64,000 nucleotides of DNA from Cyanophora paradoxa CCMP329 (GCA_004431415.1 QPMI01000575.1:1-64000), one strand, 5' to 3'; counted from the first letter of the stretch, positions 22,829 to 36,191 are shown. Notes: generated by a model not told the origin, from the sequence alone. Made by a program: numbers and translations.

Positions 22829-22836
22829 AAAATTGA
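22829..22836 (+). promoter_or_regulatory. AAAATTGA (Mimivirus-type early promoter motif) upstream of primase-helicase; also 22280(+), 20315(+), 19298-19305(-), 36163(+)/37741-37748(-)
   Basis: Exact octamer, correctly oriented 26-233 bp upstream of starts. Confidence 0.6.
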
Positions 22837-22995
22837 CGCTTTACTTTCTCCTTTTTATAACCTAAGCCAAATCATTAAAGTGCCGTGGGCAACCGAAAAG
22901 CATTTAAGGACATCCCGAGAAGATAATTTAAACCTGGGAGTTTCTCACTTCCTCGGATTATTTTCTCTGAGAAATTTAAGAATCAATCGCGAAAA

Positions 22996-25876
22996 ATGAA
23001 TGCTAACACGAAAATCGCAACTCCCTGTGAGAGACTCGGTAACCTGTGCAAATTTACACCTGAGAAACATAATTGGGGTTCTTTCCTACATTGTCTCACT
23101 CCGAATACTGACAGCGAGACTGTCATAGAGTATTTCGACCATCAGATTACGGAAAGGATTAATGATGATTTGAAGAAAGGCAAAAAACCGACCTACGCCG
23201 AATGCATTCAGCCAAACGAAATAACACGTGTCTATCTGGATTATGACGGCTATGTGGATCTTAAACCGGATGTTGCCGATAACTACAAGGAAGCCGATGA
23301 AATCATTCGTGAAATGCGCAAGAGACTACACGAACTCACCGGTGCTACCATTGCTGTGTCCGTGCGTCATCGTCCTATCCATTTCGTTAAGGAAGACGTG
23401 ACCCAATTTAAGGTATCGGGGCATTTCGTCTTTACCGATCTGTGCTGTCGTCATGAAGACATCCCGAAATTCTTAAATGTAATCGGACTTACGCCAAAGG
23501 TGGATTATGACCCACTCGTTTATAAGACAAGGCAGGCGCTTGTTTGTCTGGGTAGTTGCAAGGGTAAATGGTTGGATTCCCAAAACAGACTAAACGCGAT
23601 GTTGATAAGGATGTAGTATTTACCAAATTCGTGGATTGTGAAACCATGTATGACAGCGACTTTTTCGCGCAATTCACGGATTGCCCCACTGTGCTTATCG
23701 ATGAATCAAACATGTATATGTTTGATGCTAACCTAACCCAAGATGAGAAAAACGAACGGTCGGCAAAGGCGGAAGTTGCAAAAGAGCAAATGAAGGAGGA
23801 AGGCAAGACTGAAACCAAGAAGGAGACGACCAAGAAGGAGACGACCAAGAAGGAGACCACAACAAAGAAGAAGGAGACGGCGACGACAAGCAAAAAAACA
23901 ACAAAGAAAACGGAGAGTGAAGAGCAGCCGGAGGAGTCTAATAACGTTTCATTTGAGAAACTGAGAGAAGTCGTGATGGGTCTTAGTGCTGAAAGATCGG
24001 ATACATACGAAGGTTGGCTTAATGTTGGTTTCGCAATCGCGAATGTTGGAGAGGAAAACAATATACCACCCACGAAACAGGAGGCGCTGTTTCACGAATA
24101 CTCCGAGAAAAGCCCTAAGTATGATTATGATGAATGCGCGAACAAATGGATGAGTATCCGCAAAGGCAAAAAATCCGGTTCCGAAAACAAAACTATAACT
24201 TTCGGCTCACTTGTGCATTATCTGAGAGAGGATAACCCGGACACGTATTATGGACTGTTTAAACCAAGCCGACAGTTTGCATTTATCGATGAGGAGGTGT
24301 GTATGGATGAGAATGACTATTCCGATGTTAGCGCCATGAATGATAAGATGGCTCAAATCAAATTAGAAATGGATAAGACGCTATTAAGTCAAGGTCTCCC
24401 ACTTCCTGTTAGCAAGATCTGTAAAGCATTAATTGGCTACAAAGTGCGGTTTTCACGTGGTCTGTGGTTGATCCTGAATGAGAAAACCGGATTTTGGAAG
24501 GTAGATAATAAGTATGATGGTGGTATGATAACTCTTATCGGTGAGGTTGTCGGGAAAGCATACTTAGACCGGGAGAACCATTGGGCTACCAAGGCGGCAA
24601 AGGCGGAGGAACAGAGCGATAAAAAGGAATTCGCAGTAAAGGCAGCCGCCTGTGCAAAAATTGCGCAAAAACTTAACTGTGGAGGTTACACGAAAGGACT
24701 TCTTACATATCTCTCTCATGACCTTTACGATGAGACATTTGCCGATAGGTTGGATTCAGTCGCGAATGTTGTTGGCTTTGACGATGGCGTTTATGATCTT
24801 AACACGTTTGAGTTCCGTAATGGTCGTTCTTCTGATATGATGACTAAGACAGTCTGTTATAACTATGATATTCCGGTGGATCCTGAGAAGGTCAAACGAC
24901 TCAATGACTTCTACATGGATATCACAGGTGACAATGTCGAACTTGCAAGATACATTAAGGCTGTTTATGCCAAGTCTCTAACGGGTAAAAATAACATGCA
25001 GTTTTTCTATATGTTTACGGGTATCGGCTCGAACGGAAAGAGCGTAATCGAAAATTTCATGCATAAGACATTTGGCGACTACTCACGAAATATGAGCATT
25101 GGGATTTTCACGAAGGAGGATAAAGGTAATGGAATGATTCCGGAACTTGCGAATAAGCAAGGTGTTAGGCTCGTCCATACAAACGAACCAAACACGGGTA
25201 GCAAACTGTTGGCGGGACAAATCAAGAATTTCACAGGTTGTGATGAGATCACAGTAAGAACCCTTTTCAAAGAACCAATTTCATTTGCTCCGATGTTTGT
25301 TATCGTCATCCTCTGTAATAATAACCTCGAATTTGATCAGCCCGACAATGCAGTAGCGCGCCGCTTCCGTTCTGTTCCATTTCAGCAGGTCTATGCCGTC
25401 GAACCTAAGCCCGGACAGAAGAAAGCGGATAAAGACCTTACCGGGTTGTTGAATCCCGATAATGACGTAAATGGTGAATGGCGCAGGGCAAACATGGAGA
25501 TTCTCATAGACATGCTTAAAAACCATGATGTTAATCATATAATCGACCATCCGCCCAATGCATCCTCGAACATTCCGCTAATTATCTCGCGGACAGCGAC
25601 CGTATCGGCACATTCCTAAGGGACAACTACGCTTTGGCGGAGGATAACACGAAATACATAATATGTGACGATCTGTTTAAGGATTGCTCAAATACGATGA
25701 GAGATGTTGATAGAAGAGCAGCGATAACAGGACGAGCTGTAAGCAATAAGGTGATGGAGGTGTTTAAGATCGGCTCGACTGTAAAAAAGGTTGGTGGAAA
25801 ATCGAAGCGTGTTTATCTCGGTCTCACAAAGAACCGCGCTAACGATTTTGAAGACGATGACGAAGATGTGGAATAA
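22996..25876 (+). CDS. AEP primase-PriCT-2-D5/SF3 helicase, copy 1 (two 1-bp frameshifts)
   Basis: YLDYDG, KVSGHFVF (AEP motifs); YEGWLNVGFAI..SEKSPKYD..ECANKW (PriCT-2); GFDDGVYDL (D5_N); Walker A GIGSNGKS; AVARRF. Confidence 0.9.
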
Positions 25877-27368
25877 AACTTATTGGAAAATATACTATTG
25901 ATATCTTTTTTATGATCATGAACCGTAAGACTCGGTTCTTAATAGAAGGTTACTTTAAGGTTTCTCGGAGTTACTCGGAGTTACTCAGAGAGGTTACGTA
26001 GCGGTTCCGTTAATTTGTTACCATTTTCAGTATTGATATACCGAATTTCTCTTTATTTCACAGCTGTGAGTTACGGTTACGCAACTTTTTGAATTCTTTC
26101 TGAAAATTTGGAGGGGGTCTTTTATAGGTGAAGGTCTAAAACTTGCGTAACCGCGTAACTTGCGTAACCTCTGCGTAACTTGCGTATCGATAATCTGTAT
26201 ATATTTCCGAATATTATAACTGAATCTCAATTAGATCTTGCCTCTGGTTAAAACTCCGCATTTTACTATGTGTGATTGGTCTGTTTGTTAATTGATTTAA
26301 TCGATATTATATTCATGTACTTTCTCGATTAAATTTAATTAAATTTAATTCATTTAATCGGAAATATATCGCTAAACTCGATTAAGATCCATAAATGATT
26401 CATTTGTTAAATAAAACAAATCGATCTCTTATTGAATCCAATCGTAATTATACATGAAACTTATATGTTTTTATCATGTTTTAATGATTCTAAGGGGGAC
26501 CCTTAGGATTTTTGAAATAATTGGGTGTGACACATACCATATTCAGTAAGGACCTCTTATATTGTGAAAATCTCAGTGTTAGTTGTGTAGTTGATTCAAA
26601 AAATGCATTTTATACTCTGATTCATTGTTATTTCCTGTGAAATTTGAGTCAACTCAACCCACTTAGTCAACCCTTGTATTGAATTCGTAACAAAATCCAT
26701 ATACTATTACTACTTTTACGATTAATATGAGTCAACCTTGAGTCCACTTTAATAATAGGGGGAATCTTGGGGAGATGTCATTGTAGAAAGCTATTGTAGT
26801 AAAATGATATATTATGTCCTTTTGTTACAATAGCTGATCAATGTTATTGTTAGAAAACAAAGGAATCCTTTCACTGGGATTTTGTTTTTTACGGTTATAA
26901 AATTGTATCTGTGGTGCATTTTGTCGAATTGCTTGTATTAAACTGTTTTGCTCTTCTATGTATTCGATCGTACTTTTATGTGAAGGTTACATTAATGTTT
27001 AAAAAGTTACATGGAGTTACGTGATGGGTTACGTAGATATTTTACGATTACTAAGACCATTCTCAGTGTTAAAATGGTTGATTTATCGCTATTTTGTCAC
27101 TGTGAGTTACGGTTACGCAACTTTTTGAATTCTTTCTGAAAATTTGGCTGGGGTCTTTTTATAGGTGAAGGTCTAAAACTTGCGTAACCACGTAACTTGC
27201 GTAACCTCTACGACATTATGGTGTCATTTCTCTATACTTTTAGGTTACGTAACGTTTTTACTTACGTAACTTGTGTAACCTTAACGTAACCTTGTTATTC
27301 TTACATTTAATCACTGTTATACTATGATATCATGATAACTAAAAATGATACATGATAATTGCTTATCT

Positions 27369-27830
27369 TTAACCACGTAGAGATGTTAGATGATCACAAT
27401 CGAACATCTTAAAGATCTTGCATATCTCATTTTCAGGATCGGTGACATACCATAGACGGTGTCGCTTATCAAATAAAGCGCCTTGGTTTTTAATGTATTT
27501 ACGTAATGATGCCTGGGTAAATATACGTTTAGCTTCTATTTCAGGTAGTTTAGTTTTTATGTCACCAACGAAATATAGACGTTTCGGGCGATTATGATAA
27601 TCAGGATCGATAACGATGGGGTTTATTGTAGGAAAGTGCTTTAAGATTCTGTGAAACTTGTAGCAAACAAACCAATACCCTGTGTCATCATCGAATTTAA
27701 CGCCACAATCTTTGATATCTAATAGTGATCTGAAACAAGTATTACGGAGGTTGCTTATATCCAACATGTAAGCGCCGTAGTAATGGTGCGGCTCGTTTGT
27801 GGTGTTTCCGAAATAAATGAATTGATCCAT
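27369..27830 (-). CDS. DUF5710-like protein, copy 2
   Basis: Identical translation to 18811-19272. Confidence 0.65.
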   Translation of the reverse strand: MDQFIYFGNTTNEPHHYYGAYMLDISNLRNTCFRSLLDIKDCGVKFDDDTGYWFVCYKFHRILKHFPTINPIVIDPDYHNRPKRLYFVGDIKTKLPEIEAKRIFTQASLRKYIKNQGALFDKRHRLWYVTDPENEICKIFKMFDCDHLTSLRG

Positions 27831-28366
27831 TTGTAATCAGATGTTAAAAAGATTGTCAATTTTTCATAAATCCTTCTCTGTAAAGTTTTGGTTAAACAAT
27901 TGGAAAACTGCGGTTACACAACAGTTACACGGCGGTTACACTTGGTTACGCGGGGTTACAGGTGAGGTTACGTAGTGATTTTTCGATAAACCACACCATT
28001 TTCAGTGTGGTAATCGATAAAAATAACCATTTAGATCCATTGAGGTTACGGTTACGCAACTTTTTGAATTCTCTTTAAAAAATGGCTGGGGGTCTTTTTA
28101 TAGGTGAAGGTCTAAAACTTGCGTAACCGCGTAACTTGCGTAACCTCACGAGATTTATGGTGTCTTTTTGGTATTTTTAAGGTTACGTAACGTTTTTACT
28201 TACGTAACCTGTGTAACCTTAACGTAACCTTATTATAACATCTTAAAAATGTCATCTGTTATCAAACGGTAGCGGGTGCGATACATAAGATCATGTCACG
28301 AGAAGCGATAGGATCCGCTTGTGAAGCGATGAAAAAATGAAGCAAATCTTAAAACTTAAACAATAA

Positions 28367-28867
28367 GTGAGATACAGCGGAATGTACAATATGAACGCGT
28401 CGGATATCCTGACCTACATTAAGAGTATTACCCATATTCCTGTTCTCATCGATGCTGACCTATCTTTAAAGAAGGCAAACCCTAACACTATCTGTATTGT
28501 GCCGTATGATACTAAACATCGTGCGTATTTCGAAATGTTTCGTAAAAACTTGGGTTATTCACCTAATACCCGTTTCGTCTGCTTTCTCACATTAGAGACT
28601 CACTATATTCTTGTTCCGGTTCTTACTGAAACATCGTGTAAATCGTTTATCTCTAAGATCATCTCTAAATGGTCTATTAACCTACCTGCGCAATCTAATG
28701 AAACTAAGGAGTGCGTCATATGCCTTGATGACTGTAAAACTAAAATACAAATGTCTTGTTTGACATGTTTCGCCAAAATGTGCAACACATGCTTTTTACA
28801 GTTGAAGAGATCAGAGAGCTTTAAATGTCCGATCTGTCGTAATGACATAAAGACGCAACGTGATTAA
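28367..28867 (+). CDS. RING-finger protein A, copy 2
   Basis: Identical translation to 19810-20310. Confidence 0.8.
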   Translation: MRYSGMYNMNASDILTYIKSITHIPVLIDADLSLKKANPNTICIVPYDTKHRAYFEMFRKNLGYSPNTRFVCFLTLETHYILVPVLTETSCKSFISKIISKWSINLPAQSNETKECVICLDDCKTKIQMSCLTCFAKMCNTCFLQLKRSESFKCPICRNDIKTQRD

Positions 28868-29150
28868 TGTAAAAATTGATGGAAGATAAAAGTTTTTCTG
28901 AGTGTGCCGCTCTGACATGAAAGAGAAAATGAATAATGGACATTGGGTAACTTTGGCGACATTGCATAATAAGAAGATTGAGCTTATCCATCGGGAGGTT
29001 GATCTTAAACACACAAAAAGACAAGACCATGAAAGACTACAAAATGTTAAACAGTATATTGATGCAATCGATGTAATGATAGATGTAGTGAATACGATCG
29101 CTAAAATTAAGACCATGTGAATTTCATCGATAGCGCAAGCGCTATTTTTA

Positions 29151-29450
29151 TTACTTCTGTGTGCGGTTTTCAAGCTTCTGCCTCAATCTGAATGTTATAA
29201 TGCTACCATCATGTCGTGCCTTCCCCCTTTGAATCGCTTTCGATATTTCCCCGGGTGTGTTCTCATCGAAATCAATGAATCGGGAAACCTTCTTTATAAA
29301 CTGTCTCTGTAAATATCCGGGTAGTTGGTTGATATTACACCCGTCGTTTTTCTTAACAAGGTTCTCGTAAATAATGCTACTGCGGTCATCCTGTGATAAA
29401 TCGGGATTTTGAAGCTGTTCTATGAAAGCGTCGGGAATCCGTGAAGTCAT
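29151..29450 (-). CDS. 99-aa hypothetical protein, copy 2
   Basis: Identical translation to 20594-20893. Confidence 0.6.
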   Translation of the reverse strand: MTSRIPDAFIEQLQNPDLSQDDRSSIIYENLVKKNDGCNINQLPGYLQRQFIKKVSRFIDFDENTPGEISKAIQRGKARHDGSIITFRLRQKLENRTQK

Positions 29451-29830
29451 TGTAGGTTACACTGTCTATTTTGGCGGGTTGTCATTTTTTGCATCGGTTA
29501 CATAGAGGTTACAAGAAGTTACAGAGGAGTTACGCAACAGGTTACGTAGATATTTTACAACTGCAAGACGACTTTCAGTGTTATAATACAGGAGATTTAG
29601 TATTTTTAACACTGGCGGTTACGGTTACGCAACTTTTTAAATTCTTTTTAAAAAATGGCGGGGGGGTCTCTCTCAGATAAAATAGTGAAAACTTGCGTAA
29701 CCGCGTAACTTGCGTAACCTCTACGACATTATGGTGTCTTTTCTCTGTTATTTTTGGTTACGTAACGTTTTTATCTACGTAACTTGTGTAACCTTAACGT
29801 AACCTTATTATTTAACATTATTCATCTTTA

Positions 29831-30366
29831 TTATCCATTTGCATATAACTTAGGTTCTAATGCTTCCATTCCGTCAAAAAATAGTTTAGTTCTACAAACT
29901 GAACACTTAGCATTCTCATGTGATTCAAGTGAAGAGAGGAAACAATTAGGACAAATAAGAGTATTGCAAACGATACAGCCTTTATTATTTATGTTAGTGT
30001 CAATGTTTTCAAGACAGATAGGACATGTTTCATTCGGACTCTCAAAGTTTTCCCTCGCGAATGACTTAATAATGATATCTACGAACCATTTGGTGTTCTC
30101 CTCATCAAGATATGGGACTAACATGTAACGGTGTTTATATGAGAATGCAAAACGAATAGGTTGAAGGGCATGATATCCCGCCTTTTGCTTCCATGCATCA
30201 AATACCCCTTTATTCTTGCGGTTCTTTGAATAAAGTATATAATCTGTCTTTCGTTGGCTTTCATTAAGAATTTCGTATAATTCTTATCATTCAGTTTATC
30301 TGATGCATTGACTATGGGATATGGCGAAATAGACTGTGAAAACGTCAATATATCGTTTAAATTCAT
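29831..30366 (-). CDS. RING-finger protein B, copy 2 (1-bp frameshift in homopolymer)
   Basis: Split ORFs 30118-30366 and 29831-30124 match 21274-21810. Confidence 0.75.
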
Positions 30367-30400
30367 TTGGTTGTGCTACTATCTGTTACAGTTTCTTTAA

Positions 30401-30778
30401 TTAGCTTAGAGTTTTTTCAATGTCGAACACTCTTTTGAGAACGCCATCAATTCTTACAGCATGTGATTTAATCCCGAAAATGCGCTTAATCACGATTCCG
30501 ATGGCTGTTTTTGAAATCGGAAAGTCTATAAGCTCTTCTATTTCAGCATGGATTACATCGGAAGGTGTATAATCACCGTCATTACTTAACCTGTAACTAT
30601 GCATTAAATACGCTTCCACATCAGACATCCCATGTTGATATTCGCCAATCCCATGTTGATATTCGCCAATCCCATGTTGATATTTGTCCATCCCATGTTG
30701 ATATTTGCCCATCTCATGTTGATATTCGCCCATTTCCGTTTCATCCATAACAATTTCGATGTATTCCACGTCTTCCAT
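30401..30778 (-). CDS. Repeat/winged-helix-like protein, copy 2
   Basis: Identical translation to 21845-22222. Confidence 0.6.
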   Translation of the reverse strand: MEDVEYIEIVMDETEMGEYQHEMGKYQHGMDKYQHGIGEYQHGIGEYQHGMSDVEAYLMHSYRLSNDGDYTPSDVIHAEIEELIDFPISKTAIGIVIKRIFGIKSHAVRIDGVLKRVFDIEKTLS

Positions 30779-30928
30779 GTTACACTTAACTGTTACATGT
30801 TAAATTTTGTTACAAGTTTTACGGTTGATGTCCAAAAATTGACACTGTAAAACACAGAAAGGTATTTAAGGGTTTGACTTAAAAGAGAAGTGAAAGGGAA
30901 TAATTTCTTACCTTCCATTAGAGAATCA

Positions 30929-31369
30929 ATGGCGAATACTCGGAAATCAAACCAAGAGCTTATCGCTATTCAGAAAGGCGACCCGTTTGTAGAGATTGGA
31001 AAAAAGAAACCTGAGTTATCAATTGAAGAACAGGAAGAAAAGGCAAGGTTGAGAAGAGAGAAAGACAGGGAAAGAAAACGTGTAGCTTATCAGAAGAAGA
31101 AAGAAGAGAGACTCGCAAATGGCGAAAAAACAATACTGACAGCTGAGGAGCTGGAAAAGAGAGCCATATATTTACGTCGTCGATATGAAGAGGACGCGGA
31201 ATATAGAAAAAAGAGAATTGAGAGTGCAAACAATTACCTGAAACAGAAAAGGCGTGAGAAGAAGACGGAGCCAAAACCCAAAGTGCAAACAGTGCCTAAG
31301 AAATCGGGAAGACCTCGAAAGTATCCCGACCCGATCACATCTTTATCGGAAAAAAGCGTAGCGAATTGA
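30929..31369 (+). CDS. AT-hook basic protein, copy 2
   Basis: Identical translation to 22374-22814. Confidence 0.65.
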   Translation: MANTRKSNQELIAIQKGDPFVEIGKKKPELSIEEQEEKARLRREKDRERKRVAYQKKKEERLANGEKTILTAEELEKRAIYLRRRYEEDAEYRKKRIESANNYLKQKRREKKTEPKPKVQTVPKKSGRPRKYPDPITSLSEKSVAN

Positions 31370-31550
31370 TTGATGGGAGCGCAAAAATTGACGCTTTACT
31401 TTCTCCTTTTTATAACCTAAGCCAAATCATTAAAGTGCCGTGGGCAACCGAAAAGCATTTAAGGACATCCCGAGAAGATAATTTAAACCTGGGAGTTTCT
31501 CACTTCCTCGGATTATTTTCTCTGAGAAATTTAAGAATCAATCGCGAAAA

Positions 31551-34432
31551 ATGAATGCTAACACGAAAATCGCAACTCCCTGTGAGAGACTCGGTAACCT
31601 GTGCAAATTTACACCTGAGAAACATAATTGGGGTTCTTTCCTACATTGTCTCACTCCGAATACTGACAGCGAGACTGTCATAGAGTATTTCGACCATCAG
31701 ATTACGGAAAGGATTAATGATGATTTGAAGAAAGGCAAAAAACCGACCTACGCCGAATGCATTCAGCCAAACGAAATAACACGTGTCTATCTGGATTATG
31801 ACGGCTATGTGGATCTTAAACCGGATGTTGCCGATAACTACAAGGAAGCCGATGAAATCATTCGTGAAATGCGCAAGAGACTACACGAACTCACCGGTGC
31901 TACCATTGCTGTGTCCGTGCGTCATCGTCCTATCCATTTCGTTAAGGAAGACGTGACCCAATTTAAGGTATCGGGGCATTTCGTCTTTACCGATCTGTGC
32001 TGTCGTCATGAAGACATCCCGAAATTCTTAAATGTAATCGGACTTACGCCAAAGGTGGATTATGACCCACTCGTTTATAAGACAAGGCAGGCGCTTGTTT
32101 GTCTGGGTAGTTGCAAGGGTAAATGGTTGGATTCCCAAAACAAGACTAAACGCGATGTTGATAAGGATGTAGTATTTACCAAATTCGTGGATTGTGAAAC
32201 CATGTATGACAGCGACTTTTTCGCGCAATTCACGGATTGCCCCACTGTGCTTATCGATGAATCAAACATGTATATGTTTGATGCTAACCTAACCCAAGAT
32301 GAGAAAAACGAACGGTCGGCAAAGGCGGAAGTTGCAAAAGAGCAAATGAAGGAGGAAGGCAAGACTGAAACCAAGAAGGAGACGACCAAGAAGGAGACGA
32401 CCAAGAAGGAGACCACAACAAAGAAGAAGGAGACGGCGACGACAAGCAAAAAAACAACAAAGAAAACGGAGAGTGAAGAGCAGCCGGAGGAGTCTAATAA
32501 CGTTTCATTTGAGAAACTGAGAGAAGTCGTGATGGGTCTTAGTGCTGAAAGATCGGATACATACGAAGGTTGGCTTAATGTTGGTTTCGCAATCGCGAAT
32601 GTTGGAGAGGAAAACAATATACCACCCACGAAACAGGAGGCGCTGTTTCACGAATACTCCGAGAAAAGCCCTAAGTATGATTATGATGAATGCGCGAACA
32701 AATGGATGAGTATCCGCAAAGGCAAAAAATCCGGTTCCGAAAACAAAACTATAACTTTCGGCTCACTTGTGCATTATCTGAGAGAGGATAACCCGGACAC
32801 GTATTATGGACTGTTTAAACCAAGCCGACAGTTTGCATTTATCGATGAGGAGGTGTGTATGGATGAGAATGACTATTCCGATGTTAGCGCCATGAATGAT
32901 AAGATGGCTCAAATCAAATTAGAAATGGATAAGACGCTATTAAGTCAAGGTCTCCCACTTCCTGTTAGCAAGATCTGTAAAGCATTAATTGGCTACAAAG
33001 TGCGGTTTTCACGTGGTCTGTGGTTGATCCTGAATGAGAAAACCGGATTTTGGAAGGTAGATAATAAGTATGATGGTGGTATGATAACTCTTATCGGTGA
33101 GGTTGTCGGGAAAGCATACTTAGACCGGGAGAACCATTGGGCTACCAAGGCGGCAAAGGCGGAGGAACAGAGCGATAAAAAGGAATTCGCAGTAAAGGCA
33201 GCCGCCTGTGCAAAAATTGCGCAAAAACTTAACTGTGGAGGTTACACGAAAGGACTTCTTACATATCTCTCTCATGACCTTTACGATGAGACATTTGCCG
33301 ATAGGTTGGATTCAGTCGCGAATGTTGTTGGCTTTGACGATGGCGTTTATGATCTTAACACGTTTGAGTTCCGTAATGGTCGTTCTTCTGATATGATGAC
33401 TAAGACAGTCTGTTATAACTATGATATTCCGGTGGATCCTGAGAAGGTCAAACGACTCAATGACTTCTACATGGATATCACAGGTGACAATGTCGAACTT
33501 GCAAGATACATTAAGGCTGTTTATGCCAAGTCTCTAACGGGTAAAAATAACATGCAGTTTTCTATATGTTTACGGGTATCGGCTCGAACGGAAAGAGCGT
33601 AATCGAAAATTTCATGCATAAGACATTTGGCGACTACTCACGAAATATGAGCATTGGGATTTTCACGAAGGAGGATAAAGGTAATGGAATGATTCCGGAA
33701 CTTGCGAATAAGCAAGGTGTTAGGCTCGTCCATACAAACGAACCAAACACGGGTAGCAAACTGTTGGCGGGACAAATCAAGAATTTCACAGGTTGTGATG
33801 AGATCACAGTAAGAACCCTTTTCAAAGAACCAATTTCATTTGCTCCGATGTTTGTTATCGTCATCCTCTGTAATAATAACCTCGAATTTGATCAGCCCGA
33901 CAATGCAGTAGCGCGCCGCTTCCGTTCTGTTCCATTTCAGCAGGTCTATGCCGTCGAACCTAAGCCCGGACAGAAGAAAGCGGATAAAGACCTTACCGGG
34001 TTGTTGAATCCCGATAATGACGTAAATGGTGAATGGCGCAGGGCAAACATGGAGATTCTCATAGACATGCTTAAAAACCATGATGTTAATCATATAATCG
34101 ACCATCCGCCCCAATGCATCCTCGAACATTCCGCTAATTATCTCGCGGACAGCGACCGTATCGGCACATTCCTAAGGGACAACTACGCTTTGGCGGAGGA
34201 TAACACGAAATACATAATATGTGACGATCTGTTTAAGGATTGCTCAAATACGATGAGAGATGTTGATAGAAGAGCAGCGATAACAGGACGAGCTGTAAGC
34301 AATAAGGTGATGGAGGTGTTTAAGATCGGCTCGACTGTAAAAAAGGTTGGTGGAAAATCGAAGCGTGTTTATCTCGGTCTCACAAAGAACCGCGCTAACG
34401 ATTTTGAAGACGATGACGAAGATGTGGAATAA
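31551..34432 (+). CDS. AEP primase-PriCT-2-D5/SF3 helicase, copy 2 (one 1-bp frameshift; consensus ~960 aa)
   Basis: ORFs 31551-33602 and 33566-34432 join if the T4 run at ~33558 is T5, as in the other two copies. Confidence 0.9.
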
Positions 34433-34503
34433 AACTTATTGGAAAATATACTATTGATATCTTTTTTATGATCATGAACCGTAAGACTCGGTTCTTAATA
34501 GAA

Positions 34504-34812
34504 GGTTACTTTAAGGTTTCTCGGAGTTACTCGGAGTTACTCAGAGAGGTTACGTAGCGGTTCCGTTAATTTGTTACCATTTTCAGTATTGATATACCGA
34601 ATTTCTCTTTATTTCACAGCTGTGAGTTACGGTTACGCAACTTTTTGAATTCTTTCTGAAAATTTGGAGGGGGGTCTTTTTATAGGTGAAGGTCTAAAAC
34701 TTGCGTAACCGCGTAACTTGCGTAACCTCTACGACATTATGGTGTCATTTCTCTATTATTTTGGGTTACGTAACGTTTCTCCTTGCGTAACTTGTGTAAC
34801 CTCAACGTAACC
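34504..34812. repeat. GTTAC/GTAAC cassette R4 (truncated copy 25948-26172; inverted copy 39094-39400)
   Basis: Same core, directly downstream of the primase-helicase gene. Confidence 0.9.
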
Positions 34813-34957
34813 TTCTTATTAATACATAGATATCACATGTTCTCTCTTGTTATCATTTGTTGGCGTTATAGAATGTAGGTAAGACATCGGAAAAAGTGAA
34901 AAAATGACATCTTAACTACATATAAGGTTGTTGTGATATATTCATTTGATAATTAAG

Positions 34958-35182
34958 ATGGCTTGCAAACTCCCCGAACGCATCGACATGGGTGAATATC
35001 TCATTAAAGACCTTCCGGAAGAGTTAAAACCACTTGCACGCAAGATGGACTTAAAAGGAATACGAGAATACTATGAGAGAACCTACCCTGATTTATACAA
35101 GAAAAAACAGCGTGTCGAACCATCGGAATGCATCACTGTTAAGGTTCCAAAAGGCGTAAAGGTCAGAATTCAGAGAATCTAA
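34958..35182 (+). CDS. 74-aa hypothetical protein (mirror copy 38725-38949, minus strand)
   Basis: ATG ORF with AAAAATGA at 34900-34907. Confidence 0.6.
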   Translation: MACKLPERIDMGEYLIKDLPEELKPLARKMDLKGIREYYERTYPDLYKKKQRVEPSECITVKVPKGVKVRIQRI

Positions 35183-35246
35183 CACGCTGAATAATATAAA
35201 AAACAATTGTAACGCATGATTAATAGAAACAAAAAAAACATTTAAA

Positions 35247-35564
35247 ATGAAGAGCTTCTACGCTATCAGAGAGCATGACGCCCTTCTTTTTTATACGCGA
35301 TTCTTTGAGAATCCGGAAAACAGATGTATGGAGAAATTCGAAGACTTCTGTAAAGAATTTACCCAAATCGCTTATGGTAACACTGAAATACGAAGACCAT
35401 CAAGAAAGCAAAAATTAAAAGACCTTTTTCAAAACATGATCTTGTCATTTGATGCTGATAATAGAAATACTAAATATCATAATACAGTCACAGGATCTGT
35501 TAGGGAACGTCTCCAAGAGAAATTAGCAAAACGAAGAATATCACAATGTGTGACCTATTGTTAA
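35247..35564 (+). CDS. 105-aa hypothetical protein (mirror copy 38343-38660, minus strand)
   Basis: ATG ORF, protein-like composition. Confidence 0.6.
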   Translation: MKSFYAIREHDALLFYTRFFENPENRCMEKFEDFCKEFTQIAYGNTEIRRPSRKQKLKDLFQNMILSFDADNRNTKYHNTVTGSVRERLQEKLAKRRISQCVTYC

Positions 35565-35681
35565 ACGCACTTTAAAAAGGGTCTTTTTTGCAAACCTCCA
35601 CAGGATCGTGTAGGTTTATGTTTCGATCTACGCAAACAGCTACAATGTCCTGTATAGGTAGTTTTGAAAATTAAAGCGTTT

Positions 35682-36191
35682 TCACTCTTTCCTGTTCCGA
35701 TAACATTCGCATTCTGAAAGAAATGACCTTAATATTAACTTCCTTATTGCGTCGCGACCTTCCCAATTGTTGTGATCTTTACCCAAAAGTTTGACAAAGT
35801 CTAAGATATGGATAAACTCGGAACGCGATATATCATTAGGTAAATCAAACGGCTCCGTTTCTATTTCCCAATAATTCACTTTGTAGAAATATAACAAACC
35901 GTCAGATCCCTTAGCATAATGTATATCGGGATTCTCTGTAAAATATCCGATTTGCTCAATTTTCCATATTATGTCGCTATTATCTAATTCATTCATAAAC
36001 ATTATCAATCTGTCGATATTGATTTTAATTAAGGAAGTATTAACTGAAAACACGGGCTTTCCGTTGTACATATACGGCGTCTCCATCATTGCAATCAATC
36101 TTAGCACGAGCGTTAGGATGTCTCCCATGCCGCTTAAATGGTTTTCATTTTTTGCCCGCTCAAAAATTGACGCCCCACAAGAACAAACCAT
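35682..36191 (-). CDS. Hypothetical protein, probable start MGDIL at ~36128 (mirror copy 37720-38226, frameshifted)
   Basis: 169-codon ORF with globular composition; AAAAATGA just upstream of the MGDIL start. Confidence 0.55.
   Translation of the reverse strand: MVCSCGASIFERAKNENHLSGMGDILTLVLRLIAMMETPYMYNGKPVFSVNTSLIKINIDRLIMFMNELDNSDIIWKIEQIGYFTENPDIHYAKGSDGLLYFYKVNYWEIETEPFDLPNDISRSEFIHILDFVKLLGKDHNNWEGRDAIRKLILRSFLSECECYRNRKE

Larger units (their letters stand above)
17625..34730 (+). repeat. 8.56-kb direct tandem duplication in left arm (17625-26172; 26185-34730)
   Basis: Same ORF series offset by ~8557 bp; 12-bp filler GCGTAACTTGCG at 26173-26184. Confidence 0.95.

Noticed and set aside
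23489-24073. Hydrophobic antisense ORF (VVSFL repeats) and other antisense ORFs in the arms
   Set aside because: Reverse complement of the KKETT low-complexity linker and of other genuine genes.
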